A stretch of DNA of 61,019 bases, counting the filler, from Stramenopiles sp. TOSAG23-3 (Eukaryota): assembly GCA_900128585.1 (NCBI GenBank). It is 16 parts of 16 records of this genome, joined end to end, with 100 filler letters (N's around TTAATTAATTAA, not from the genome) between each part and the next. Parts side by side here need not be neighbours in the genome. Positions count along the whole stretch, not along the records: positions 19,150 to 22,872 come from LT644101.1; positions 22,973 to 26,691 come from LT644102.1; positions 26,792 to 30,509 come from LT644103.1; 13 more parts are not named here. One strand, given 5' to 3'. Made by a program: the position numbers and the translations under genes. Within the stretch, counting starts at the first letter, position 1. Each line of letters starts with the position of its first letter. Below, piece after piece: positions 21,222-30,609 of the stretch. Below the pieces are notes generated by a model. That model was not told the DNA's origin, did no database searches, and was given only the letters and a program-made list of their open reading frames with translations.

Positions 21222-22745
21222 ATGAGCTCTATAGCTGTTGAGAGTGACCGGCCGCCGTCGCAAAATAATATCCTAAACTCGGATTCACACGAAGAACTTT
21301 TAATAGAGATTTTCACTTTTCTGACGTTGAATTTCGCGCAAGAACTTGCGGTTCTGTCAAAACGGTTTAAGCGAGTGGCGGACGATGACTCTTGGAAACC
21401 CAACCTACTTTTGTACGCTTGGGGATCCGAAACGACCAGCGGGCGAAGCAGGGAAGTCGTCCGGCCTGAACTTCTTCAGCTATTTTACTCCCCACAAAAG
21501 CGTAGACAAGTTCGCCAGATCACGTGTACAAATTGCGCTTCCTTCGCGCTGACATACGGGGGCAATTTATACTGGTGGGGAGAGATGCAGGCGGACGGGG
21601 AATCGCTCTGCAGTCCACAACCAAGCATCTTGGAGCCACTCAGGGACCACGATATTGTCAGATTCGACGCAACAGTACCAGGGTACTACCACACTACTAC
21701 TCTACCACTACTACAGAACAGTAAGATACACGTTGCCGTAGCCTTTACGGACCGAGACGGTGATTTTTTCGAGTGGGGCATGAACTTGACTGGGCACATG
21801 TTTGTTCCTATGACTGTCGACGAAGATTTTACAATTAGTGGTGTTCAAAGGGAGCTTTTGAGGGAATTCAGGGAAGAGCAGTTACCTTTGCTTGCGGAGA
21901 GACACTCCATGTTGACCGACGAGTTCATACAAATGCAATTCGAGCAATTTATTGCTGCGCACCCGATGGCCAGGAGAGCGGAAAGAATGAATTACGTTGC
22001 CGAGCCCACAAAACCCGAAGCATTTACCGAGCGCAAAGAAACGGTTACTCTGTTTAGTTGCGGTGTCACCATATCTGCGGCCGTGGCCGTTGACCCGTCT
22101 GGCATCTCCCGTGTGTACCAGGCCGCGGACAACAAGTTAACTGAGATTCTCGAGTTGCGCAACATCCCCATCAAGCAGTTGGTGTGCGGTGGTTGGTTTT
22201 GCCTGGCATTAGACAGTACTGGCGACGTATGGTCATGGGGAGATAGGTTAGGGCCTGATACCTCCAACGGCTCCTTACTTGGCAGATACGTTGGTGGGAG
22301 AAGTACACTCCATGCCGCGCGAATAGAGTTTCCCGACGAAGAGAAAGTTAAATTCATCACTGCCAGCACGTACAATGCATTGGCCATAAGCGAGAGTGGC
22401 ACTGCTTATACCTGGGGAGATTCAGATGGGTACGGTCTCGGTCATTCGACGAAAGAATGCCACGAACCTACGCAAATAGACGCACATTTAACTGCTGTAG
22501 ACGCATCTTTATGCTACACCAGCGGTTCTATATCGAGTGTTGAAGGAAGCATATATATTTGGGGAGGAAAGGTGTGGGCCGCAGTGGCCGGCCTGGTGGG
22601 GGGAATAAAGGAAAGCGTCTCATCACAAACTGGTTTCACGGAAGTAAGCTGGGCCGGGACCGCTCTTGGTTATCATAACAAACAAATGAAATTGGGGCAT
22701 CGGCACGGCATAATAATAGCGGAGAAAAACCAGACAAAAAAATAG
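21222..22745 (+). CDS. F-box plus RCC1-repeat protein
   Basis: EELLIEIFTFL..LSKRFKRVADDDSW F-box; RCC1 units LVCGGWFCLALDSTGDVWSWG and AYTWGDSDGYGLGH. Confidence 0.8.
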   Translation: MSSIAVESDRPPSQNNILNSDSHEELLIEIFTFLTLNFAQELAVLSKRFKRVADDDSWKPNLLLYAWGSETTSGRSREVVRPELLQLFYSPQKRRQVRQITCTNCASFALTYGGNLYWWGEMQADGESLCSPQPSILEPLRDHDIVRFDATVPGYYHTTTLPLLQNSKIHVAVAFTDRDGDFFEWGMNLTGHMFVPMTVDEDFTISGVQRELLREFREEQLPLLAERHSMLTDEFIQMQFEQFIAAHPMARRAERMNYVAEPTKPEAFTERKETVTLFSCGVTISAAVAVDPSGISRVYQAADNKLTEILELRNIPIKQLVCGGWFCLALDSTGDVWSWGDRLGPDTSNGSLLGRYVGGRSTLHAARIEFPDEEKVKFITASTYNALAISESGTAYTWGDSDGYGLGHSTKECHEPTQIDAHLTAVDASLCYTSGSISSVEGSIYIWGGKVWAAVAGLVGGIKESVSSQTGFTEVSWAGTALGYHNKQMKLGHRHGIIIAEKNQTKK

Positions 22746-23076
22746 CGCGTGCGTTTGAAATTTACAACATCATCATGCGATGTCCTACTCATAACAATAT
22801 TTAGAACTTGTGTGATTTGATGAACAGCGACTTCAAAAGTTAATTAAAAACAAGAAAATTGGCTGTTATTTANNNNNNNNNNNNNNNNNNNNNNNNNNNN
22901 NNNNNNNNNNNNNNNNTTAATTAATTAANNNNNNNNNNNNNNNNNNNNNNNNNNNNNNNNNNNNNNNNNNNNACTTCAGGTGTCACCGACTCGCCCTTTC
23001 TGGTCGGTCGGTGATATTCCTTCAGTCTGCTAACGCTCCAGCCTAGACTCCCACTCCAGTAGCATTACCGTCCCAC

Positions 23077-24206
23077 TTACTCGGTCAATTCGATCGTCGC
23101 ATCTACCCCGCATCCTACTAGCGAGCCTGTTCTTAACTGTGATTCTCCCATCAATTTCGACATCGCCAGGCATTTCGTCTTCACTTGCCGGCAATAGACT
23201 TTCCAGCTGTCAGACTTCCATCGACCGAACTTCATAATTTCTGCGTCACTCGCGCCTCCTTCCCACATCATAGTGGCTCCTCCAATCCTGCCGGAGTGTG
23301 TGCCGTATGAATTGCTCGCAATTCCTATCCTTTCCAGGGACCTTTTCAGAAATTTCCGGTATTCATCTTTAGGCATATCGAAGACTTTCTCGTCGTTGTG
23401 AAAGGTTCCCTCCATTTCCTTCACTCTTCTCCATGCTTTCGCCAGTTCGATTGGGTCCCAACTGCCCCCTCTACTGTTTCTATGGGGTCGTCGCTGGCAC
23501 AGCACTACATACTCTGGGAGGCCTTCATTGAATCTGGCTGTCTTCGTATTCCTCAGTGTCAATGTCATGATCAGGACGGCGTCTGGGCTCAAATTCCGGT
23601 ACCCGGGGGTTCTCAGGACCTCTATTTTCACTTCTTTCCATTTCAAGTTCATTACTTCTGAAATGCGCAACAACCCAAAGACGGTGAACAATAGGATGGT
23701 CGCGGCTTGCAGCCCTTCCCTGTTTCTCACATCGATCGCTCTCGTGGCTTCCATCTCATCTATCATGGACAAGAAAATTGGCATTTTTCTCTTCTTTCCT
23801 GAACCAAATTGTTTCTTTATCCGTTGCATCATTTCCTCCAAAGTTACCGTGGGATTCCACTCCTCTCTTGCTTCTTTGGTTGCTCGTACTAGTGCCGCTA
23901 GGTACGCGTAGAAAGAGTCTGCCGAGGTCATTGCTAATTTCCCAGCATTCGCTCCGCTCAGAACTCTCCGCTCAGTGTTCCACTGCATCCAATCTGCTAA
24001 TCTCGCGGTCATGGCCTCTCGGTCTTGGAGGCTGCGTCCGAAACTCACATACGTATCCAGCCTGTATTCTCTACAGAAATTCCGCCAATTTTTCACTCCT
24101 GTAGCTGTCGTTTTCCTTGTGTTCACTGCGTACCCGTGTTTGTAGTTATCTCTACGACGGCGTTCTGCCAGTTCCTCTCGTCGGATTTCTTGAGGTAACA
24201 CCTCTC
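23077..24206 (-). CDS. Tyrosine recombinase (YR integrase)
   Basis: GLLRISE (R), TKT (K), HSGRIGGAT (HxxR), GRWKS..VY (W, Y); overlaps the RT ORF end in the -1 frame. Confidence 0.92.
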
Positions 24207-26219
24207 CTGTTTAAAATTCGGTATTTGGTTAGTTATCGTTTTGAAATCTTCTAAGTCTCCTCTGCTAAGTGCGTCTGCCAGGCGGTTGTCTTTTGAAGAG
24301 ATGTATTCGACTCTCGTTCTGCTCTTGTTCTTCGTCTTCCAGAACTTTAGCATCGTACCTGCTTCTACCATTGCTTTTACAATCAGTCTTATTATGACGG
24401 CCAGGTCCACGTCTTTAGCTCGTCCTTTCTTCAGGGCGCTCGTGACACTGTTGTTATCGCATCGCAATGTCAGGTTTATTTTTCTATGACAAAGTGACTT
24501 CCCAAACAACGCTATTAACGCGAAGAGTCCTAACCCTTCCTTTATGTGTATTTTCAGATCTTTCTCAGATTCTTTCCACACTCCATAAGCGTAACCCTTC
24601 ATGCACACCGCTCCCCACCCAATGCTCCCTGACGCATCTGAAGCTGGGGCTATCGTGCCTTTCGCTAAATTGAAACCTTCTTTTGGCACGTCCTCCCATT
24701 TATCTCTCAACAAAGCTTGGCGACCATTCCAGTTTTCAAACTGGTATATTATTTCGTTCCAGTCATGCCTTATGTCATCTAGCATCTTAATTTTCATTCC
24801 TGCTTTCATGCCGCTCTTTCTTCTCTTGACGCTACCTCTTTTCGTTCTCCTCATGTGATCGTCTGTCATTGCACGTATCATGCTCCACGTTTTCGTCAGG
24901 AACATTCTTATTTGTGGGATTGCTGTTGTCGTCCAATTTATTACTCCTGTTGTCGACTCCCAATCGCGCAAACTTCTCTTGAATCCTTTTGTCATAAACG
25001 ATTTCATTTCATCCACGATCTCCGCAACCCTCGGTTTCGGGATCCCGACTGTTAAGTTGGTGAAATCGTACCATAACCCCAGTATTGTCAACGTGCTGCT
25101 TCCTTTCGCTCCGTTCGGGTTGTCTTCTAAAAATTTCTGTTCTTGTCTTGGAATTTTCCATCGCTTGAAGAGGGCGAGGGCTTCTTGGACTGCCCTCTCA
25201 ATTACGCTTTCGTGTGCCACGATGATCAGGTCATCGAAGTACATCGCCGCACGCGCACCCCATTCATCGAACTTCGTTTTCGTCACGAGATATGTGATTA
25301 TCAATAGTGGCAACCGTAGGAAATTATAGACTGAAGTCTTCAATCCAAACGGCCACCTCTTGTGATAAGCGCTTTTTCCTGCTACCCGAAAGCACAGTGC
25401 CCACCAGTCCGCCGGGTGTGTGCATAACGTCCTGAACGCTGATTTTATGTCTATCTTCACGCCTTTAATCCCTTTTGGGTCCAATCCTTCGCGAACGCAC
25501 CAGTCGTGGACCTCCCATATGTTCGAATGAACGCGCTCCCCTTGTGGGAGGTCCAGGCTTCGGAACTCCCCGGTCTCTTCGTTTATTGATAGTCCATCCC
25601 GACCTCGTGCCGAGAAGTCGCTTATTGTTCTGCAATCGTATGGGTCGCCATTTTCTTTTGCCTTTCTGTCCGTTCGCGCTTTCGGGATCGCTCCCTGCTT
25701 TGTCTCCCGGTACACTTCCAAGCTGTCGTCTCGCAGCGCGACTCGGTCTGCTGCTAGTTCTTCGTCGAACTTTTTCCGGACCTTTTCCTTCGCGTTTTCC
25801 GTCATAACATAATTGGACTTAATCTCGACTGTCTCGAACGGTAGTTCGAAGTTGCATGGCCCTCCCGACTTGATATATTGAACAAATTGTCCATCGCAAT
25901 ACGTCGGCATGTCTTGTCTTATCCTGTCGGCGTCTAAGGTGTTATTCGTGCTCGGTCTTTCGTCCAGCTCTGCCTTGTATGGGTGCCCCCATGTCTTGCC
26001 TGCGTTCAGCCTATCTCTAATTGTGACAAAGTCCGCTGAGGGGATATCGATCGTGTTAAGGTCGCCGAAATCCAACGATCTATATACGACTCTTCCTTGT
26101 TCCAAACTCAGTTGGCCCGGTTCAATATTCATCCGTGCACCTATTTCCCTGGCCTGTGCTAGGATGCCCCCGTCCAAGGTTACGTGTGGCTCGTACTCGG
26201 CGCGTGTCTCTGCTGCGAG
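24123..26219 (-). CDS. pol: Reverse transcriptase - RNase H
   Basis: KIDIKSAFR, WPFGL, YFDD (25230-25241), ILGL; RNase H motifs SDAS, HIKE, CDN, NRLADALSR. Confidence 0.93.
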   Translation of the reverse strand, partial: LAAETRAEYEPHVTLDGGILAQAREIGARMNIEPGQLSLEQGRVVYRSLDFGDLNTIDIPSADFVTIRDRLNAGKTWGHPYKAELDERPSTNNTLDADRIRQDMPTYCDGQFVQYIKSGGPCNFELPFETVEIKSNYVMTENAKEKVRKKFDEELAADRVALRDDSLEVYRETKQGAIPKARTDRKAKENGDPYDCRTISDFSARGRDGLSINEETGEFRSLDLPQGERVHSNIWEVHDWCVREGLDPKGIKGVKIDIKSAFRTLCTHPADWWALCFRVAGKSAYHKRWPFGLKTSVYNFLRLPLLIITYLVTKTKFDEWGARAAMYFDDLIIVAHESVIERAVQEALALFKRWKIPRQEQKFLEDNPNGAKGSSTLTILGLWYDFTNLTVGIPKPRVAEIVDEMKSFMTKGFKRSLRDWESTTGVINWTTTAIPQIRMFLTKTWSMIRAMTDDHMRRTKRGSVKRRKSGMKAGMKIKMLDDIRHDWNEIIYQFENWNGRQALLRDKWEDVPKEGFNLAKGTIAPASDASGSIGWGAVCMKGYAYGVWKESEKDLKIHIKEGLGLFALIALFGKSLCHRKINLTLRCDNNSVTSALKKGRAKDVDLAVIIRLIVKAMVEAGTMLKFWKTKNKSRTRVEYISSKDNRLADALSRGDLEDFKTITNQIPNFKQERCYLKKSDERNWQNAVVEITTNTGTQ

Positions 26220-26690
26220 TCATTTGACGTTCTCCCATCTTGAAGGGCAACTCTCTGGACATTTGCCCTCTAGGCATTTCAACCCCTCTGGGAATACCAC
26301 CTTGCTCTCATGACTACGTTTACATTTCTTGGATTTACACAGTCGTACACCTTTTAATCCTAAATCTGCCGCAATCAACTCGCCTCCACACCCGAAGAAA
26401 CATCCCCAGGTCTTCGACCCTGGGTCGGAGTGGCGTGGAACTTTACTTAACATTGCCCTGGTGAAATCGAATCCGGGAATACTTTTTCCCATCCTTCTCT
26501 TCAGCGCCGTGCGGACCACTTTTTCGTCTGCTGATAGCTCGAATTTTGGTTGCTCATTTGTCCCTCCCTTGCTGCCGTTTCGATCCGTGTTTGACGTCTT
26601 TTGTCTCTTGTTTCCTCCTGGGGATACTGCTTGTTTTTGCAGTTCTTCCCATGTTATTTTCGTTACTTCGTCTCTCGTCCTGCGGTTCAA
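26220..26690 (-). CDS. gag: Gag-like ORF1, C-terminal part with Cys/His cluster
   Basis: Lies upstream of RT; basic; CFFGC...CKSKKCKRSH...C..C..C resembles a zinc finger; 5'-truncated. Confidence 0.6.
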   Translation of the reverse strand: MNRRTRDEVTKITWEELQKQAVSPGGNKRQKTSNTDRNGSKGGTNEQPKFELSADEKVVRTALKRRMGKSIPGFDFTRAMLSKVPRHSDPGSKTWGCFFGCGGELIAADLGLKGVRLCKSKKCKRSHESKVVFPEGLKCLEGKCPESCPSRWENVK

Positions 26691-26791
26691 ANNNNNNNNN
26701 NNNNNNNNNNNNNNNNNNNNNNNNNNNNNNNNNNNTTAATTAATTAANNNNNNNNNNNNNNNNNNNNNNNNNNNNNNNNNNNNNNNNNNNN

Positions 26792-26924
26792 TATAGTATG
26801 TTTTAAGACTCTCATTTTAAATCAAATACTAACTTCAAATCCAACCCTAATCCTATCTCGATTTTTTAGTAATAAAATTAATATGACATATTGATTTAAA
26901 ATGAGAGTCTTAAAACATACTATA
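26792..26924. repeat. 34-bp perfect inverted repeat with 65-nt spacer at a contig start
   Basis: TATAGTATGTTTTAAGACTCTCATTTTAAATCAA (26792-26825) is the reverse complement of 26891-26924. Confidence 0.9.
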
Positions 26925-27071
26925 TATTTTGGTTTTTTAAATTAATATGACATATTGAAAAAAACAAAATATGACATGATATCATACTATATATTTTGGT
27001 TTTTTTGACATGATATCTCACCCTTTTTTAATGTAATTCATTATACCCCCCCCCCTTCCCGCGCTCTTTTT

Positions 27072-28742
27072 TCATTTCGACGATGCCCAGCCCCACGCCG
27101 TCGGCGGCGCAACGAACTTTTCCTCGTCCTCTCTAACGTTGCTGTCGTGCCGCGCCTTTCTTCCTTTGGCACCGTCCTTCCCTCCTTTCTTGCGTGGACC
27201 CTTCGTTTTCGAAGAGATACCTGCAAGGTCGTACGCAAGATCAAACAGGGGAGAACTGTTTGCATTTGACTTTCGCAAATAGTCCCGCTTGCCACTGGAG
27301 ACTGGGCGCTGCCTGCTCCGCCGAGACAGTGGGCGCTGTGTAGCCCCGTTTCCGTGGTCTTTGTTGCCCCCTTTCTTCCCAGCATAAACTTCGGTGCGCG
27401 GCAACGGCACATCGAGTTTAGGCTCGGGGCTGGGCTTTATTTCTTTGATGGGAGACGGTATGATATCGCCGGAGGTCATGCCTAGCGCCAACGACGACGT
27501 TGTGCTCTTTTTCCCTGCACCAGCTCCGCTTCCAGCGTTTTTTTTAGGAGAATCTTTGGATTTGAGAGAAAAAGAAGACACGGGCGCCGCGGCGCTTTCC
27601 CCAGTGTATTGCTTCCGAGGAATCCCAGTTTGCGACCGTTTCTTCTTTTGTACATCGAAAATGTTTGTCGATTCTGTGATCTGGGTGTCCCCAGACCCCC
27701 ATCCTTCTTTTGCCTTTGGACGATGGTTGGCCGAAGAAATCCCGTGCAGGGTGTGCCCTTCCGTATCGCTCTTTTCTCCACGGACCCGTCTCCGACTGGG
27801 CGGCCTGGTATACTTCAAGTACGGAGAATTCCTTCCCGAGTCTGTGCCGAACGGGCTGGTGCTCATGCCCATCGGGCTCGTCAAGCTCGACGGGCTGGCT
27901 TTGGGTGGCCGTGCGAACGGTGTATCCTTCTTTACCATGTTTTCCAGGTCTATTGGCGTCGGGCTAGCCATGGGAGATCCGAAATCTATCTCTCCCATCT
28001 CTTTGTTCAACAGGGACACATCGATGCTGACGTTACGCTTCGAACTCCTGGACATTGGCCTTGATTGCCTCATTGAATCAAACGAGGACGAGTGGCTCCG
28101 GGACAAAGGCTTTCCGCCATCTTTTGACCCCTGCTGATCGTCGGGTGAAGGCAGCAGGGTCGTCGTGGACGTGCTCCCCTCGCGCCGGTTATATTCCTTT
28201 CGGGCCACGTACCGAGAGCTAGTCTTCTTCTGGCGGGGGGGTCCCCGGCCGGCGGCCAACCGGTCAAACACGGACTCGCTCTCCCGAGGCTTTCTTCCAT
28301 TGCTGCGATGGTCGGGAAAGTACGCATCCTTTCGCCTTCTATCTAAATCCTTCTCCCTGGAGCCTATGGCGGCCTGGTCCCTCCGAGTGTGCCGCTGACG
28401 GGACCAGCGGCGGGACGGTGGGTCCTGCTCGTGCTTAAACCGGCGTGGCGGGGCCCTTCCCGCTACCAAACGGTCCAGCACGGATTCGTCGGTTCTACTT
28501 TGCTGATGGTTCGATTGCCCATACAAAAACTCGTTTATTTCCGACGGCTTCGGTTTCCTCCGCCGGCTATGCGCGGGGGCTGTCCCGGCTTCCCGACGTC
28601 CACCAAGCATCCCCGAGGGAGCCCCCCCCCGTCGACTCCGACGTATCATACTCCAGCCCTTCGCGAAGAACCAGTCCCAGTCTTTCCCCGCCCGTTTAAA
28701 ATAGGACAGCGTTTGGTTGCTGTACGAATGATTGCTATACAA
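27072..28742 (-). CDS. Disordered Ser/Arg/Lys-rich hypothetical protein with two SV(L/F)DRL repeats
   Basis: 556-aa ORF in GC-rich sequence; ESVLDRLVAGRAPPR and ESVFDRLAAGRGPPR. Start uncertain. Confidence 0.6.
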   Translation of the reverse strand: MYSNHSYSNQTLSYFKRAGKDWDWFFAKGWSMIRRSRRGGAPSGMLGGRREAGTAPAHSRRRKPKPSEINEFLYGQSNHQQSRTDESVLDRLVAGRAPPRRFKHEQDPPSRRWSRQRHTRRDQAAIGSREKDLDRRRKDAYFPDHRSNGRKPRESESVFDRLAAGRGPPRQKKTSSRYVARKEYNRREGSTSTTTLLPSPDDQQGSKDGGKPLSRSHSSSFDSMRQSRPMSRSSKRNVSIDVSLLNKEMGEIDFGSPMASPTPIDLENMVKKDTPFARPPKASPSSLTSPMGMSTSPFGTDSGRNSPYLKYTRPPSRRRVRGEKSDTEGHTLHGISSANHRPKAKEGWGSGDTQITESTNIFDVQKKKRSQTGIPRKQYTGESAAAPVSSFSLKSKDSPKKNAGSGAGAGKKSTTSSLALGMTSGDIIPSPIKEIKPSPEPKLDVPLPRTEVYAGKKGGNKDHGNGATQRPLSRRSRQRPVSSGKRDYLRKSNANSSPLFDLAYDLAGISSKTKGPRKKGGKDGAKGRKARHDSNVREDEEKFVAPPTAWGWASSK

Positions 28743-29505
28743 TCGATGCCTCTCTAGTGTGGGTCCTACTCCACCAACACCGTCAGCACTCGTTTCCGTT
28801 TTCGATCCCGTTTCGTTTTCATTTTCACCTTTGTTTCCGTTTCCGTTTTCAGCTTTAATATTTCCTATAATATTAAATATAATATAAAAAATATATGAAG
28901 AATTCGTTATTAATTATTAAATTCTTCAATTGTGTTCAGTTGTGTTCAGTCGTTCTTTTTTATTATTTTCTATTTATTTATAAAAAAAATATTATATAAA
29001 TAACTGAAATAATAAAACGGTTCTCTCCTCTTCCTTCCTCCGATTAAAATAAATAATTGTAAGAAGTATAATAATCAAATAATCTAAAATAAATATTTCA
29101 CCTATTTAAATTATTTTATTAAAAAAATCTTTCTTCTTCTTCTTTCTTCTTTCTTCTTTTCTTTCTTCTTTTTTTTCTTCTTTTTTTTTTTCTTTTCTTC
29201 TTCTACTATTAGATATTAATATCTTGTTGCTCTGCTGCTGCTGCTTCATTTTTCACATTTTTTCTTCTTCTTTCTTCCTTTATTATTATTAAAAACTTCG
29301 CTTCTTGTTGTTCAGAATTTTATCTAAAATTAACACCAACTCCTCAGTTCTGTAGGCCCGCAATAATAATATTATTTTGTTGCCTTTCAGCATAATTTTC
29401 GTTGCAAAACGACGGCAATATAAGAATAACAAAGAGGAGAGATTGTTAAGGTGTGCTCCTTACAAAGTATACTTCCAAAGTGCTCCATACAAGCACGACT
29501 ACAAC

Positions 29506-29985
29506 ATGCAGCCACCAACCGATACGTTCGACCCCTACGACCAAGCAGGGACGACCGCGTGGCTGGACGCGTTCGCGGCGCTCGAGGAAGATGGGCCGTA
29601 CGGCCATCTCGATTTCGTGGAGGCAGGAGTCCACGAGTTTGAGTTCGTCTCCGGGCAACCCGACGAGTGGGTGAGCACGCTGAGGGAAAAAGTTAACGAG
29701 GTTTTACCCGACGTGGACGCGAAATCGTTTGTCGAAGTGGACAAAGCAGAGTTTCAGCAGGAGCTGGTCAAGCTCTTGAGAACTTCGATGGCGTACAGCG
29801 CGGAGATGCTGAAGGAGAAAGCGGCGAACAACTGGGCTTCGTCTTTTGTGAGCAGCATGGACGGCGGGAAGTTCTTCCGACCTGCCGACGCCAGCCCCCC
29901 GATCGCTGACGCGACCTTCGAGACCATCTTCGTCGCTGTCGTCGGCACCAGGTTGGCCTACGTGCTCATCATTGACGAGGATTGA
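29506..29985 (+). CDS. Small acidic hypothetical protein ending in DED
   Basis: GC-rich coding segment from ATG 29506 (MQPPTD); MAY..EM, DATFET, terminal IDED. Confidence 0.7.
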   Translation: MQPPTDTFDPYDQAGTTAWLDAFAALEEDGPYGHLDFVEAGVHEFEFVSGQPDEWVSTLREKVNEVLPDVDAKSFVEVDKAEFQQELVKLLRTSMAYSAEMLKEKAANNWASSFVSSMDGGKFFRPADASPPIADATFETIFVAVVGTRLAYVLIIDED

Positions 29986-30609
29986 GCATGGGACGAAGTT
30001 TTTTTTCTGTCATTGTTTAAAATTTCCACGCCCCGAGCGTTCCTCCGGTTCTATCCAATTAAATTATTAACCGTTGGTATTTTGGGATACGTTTCTTGTA
30101 TTTCCGTTTTTGCTTCATATAATTTTAACGGCGCGAAGGCGCAATGAGTTGCTCTCGAGAAGGTGGTCACTTGTGCCATGCATCATTCATTGTATGGTAC
30201 CTGGTACTATTTTCCGTCTATATACCCTACTGGAACCGGGGTTTATTGTGTATATAAAAACAAGAAAATTGGCTGTTATTGTGTATATATAATATACAAG
30301 TTTTATTATTTACATTTGTACTTCTTTCTTTTGATTTGCTTAGACAAAGGAGGATTTTGACCGTATTTTCCGCCATAGCTATAGAGACGCGCGCTCGTCA
30401 ATATGTTCCCCCTTCGAGAGTTTTTAGAGTGGCTGTCTTTTTCCCAAGAATGTTCTTTGAACCACAACCTACCGACATCTTTGTCCTCTCCCTCCCGCCG
30501 CTCCTCCTTNNNNNNNNNNNNNNNNNNNNNNNNNNNNNNNNNNNNNNNNNNNNTTAATTAATTAANNNNNNNNNNNNNNNNNNNNNNNNNNNNNNNNNNN
30601 NNNNNNNNN

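Larger units (their letters stand above)
22973..26691 (-). mobile_element. Tyrosine-recombinase retrotransposon (DIRS/Ngaro/PAT-type), internal part; termini not captured
   Basis: The whole contig reads gag-like ORF, RT-RNaseH, then tyrosine recombinase on one strand, with no protease or DDE integrase. Confidence 0.93.

Noticed and set aside
24209-24216. TTTAAAC slippery-like heptamer (minus strand) before the YR ORF
   Set aside because: It is in the wrong phase relative to RT (TTT AAA C) and a -1 slip would land on TAA; the splice-acceptor reading fits better.
26120-26223. ATGA stop-start overlap at the gag stop as RT initiation
   Set aside because: That ATG is in a different frame and closes after about 33 codons.
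21222-28742. Apparent association of the retrotransposon with neighbouring genes or the adjacent repeat and inverted repeat as its termini
   Set aside because: They are on different contigs separated by linkers.
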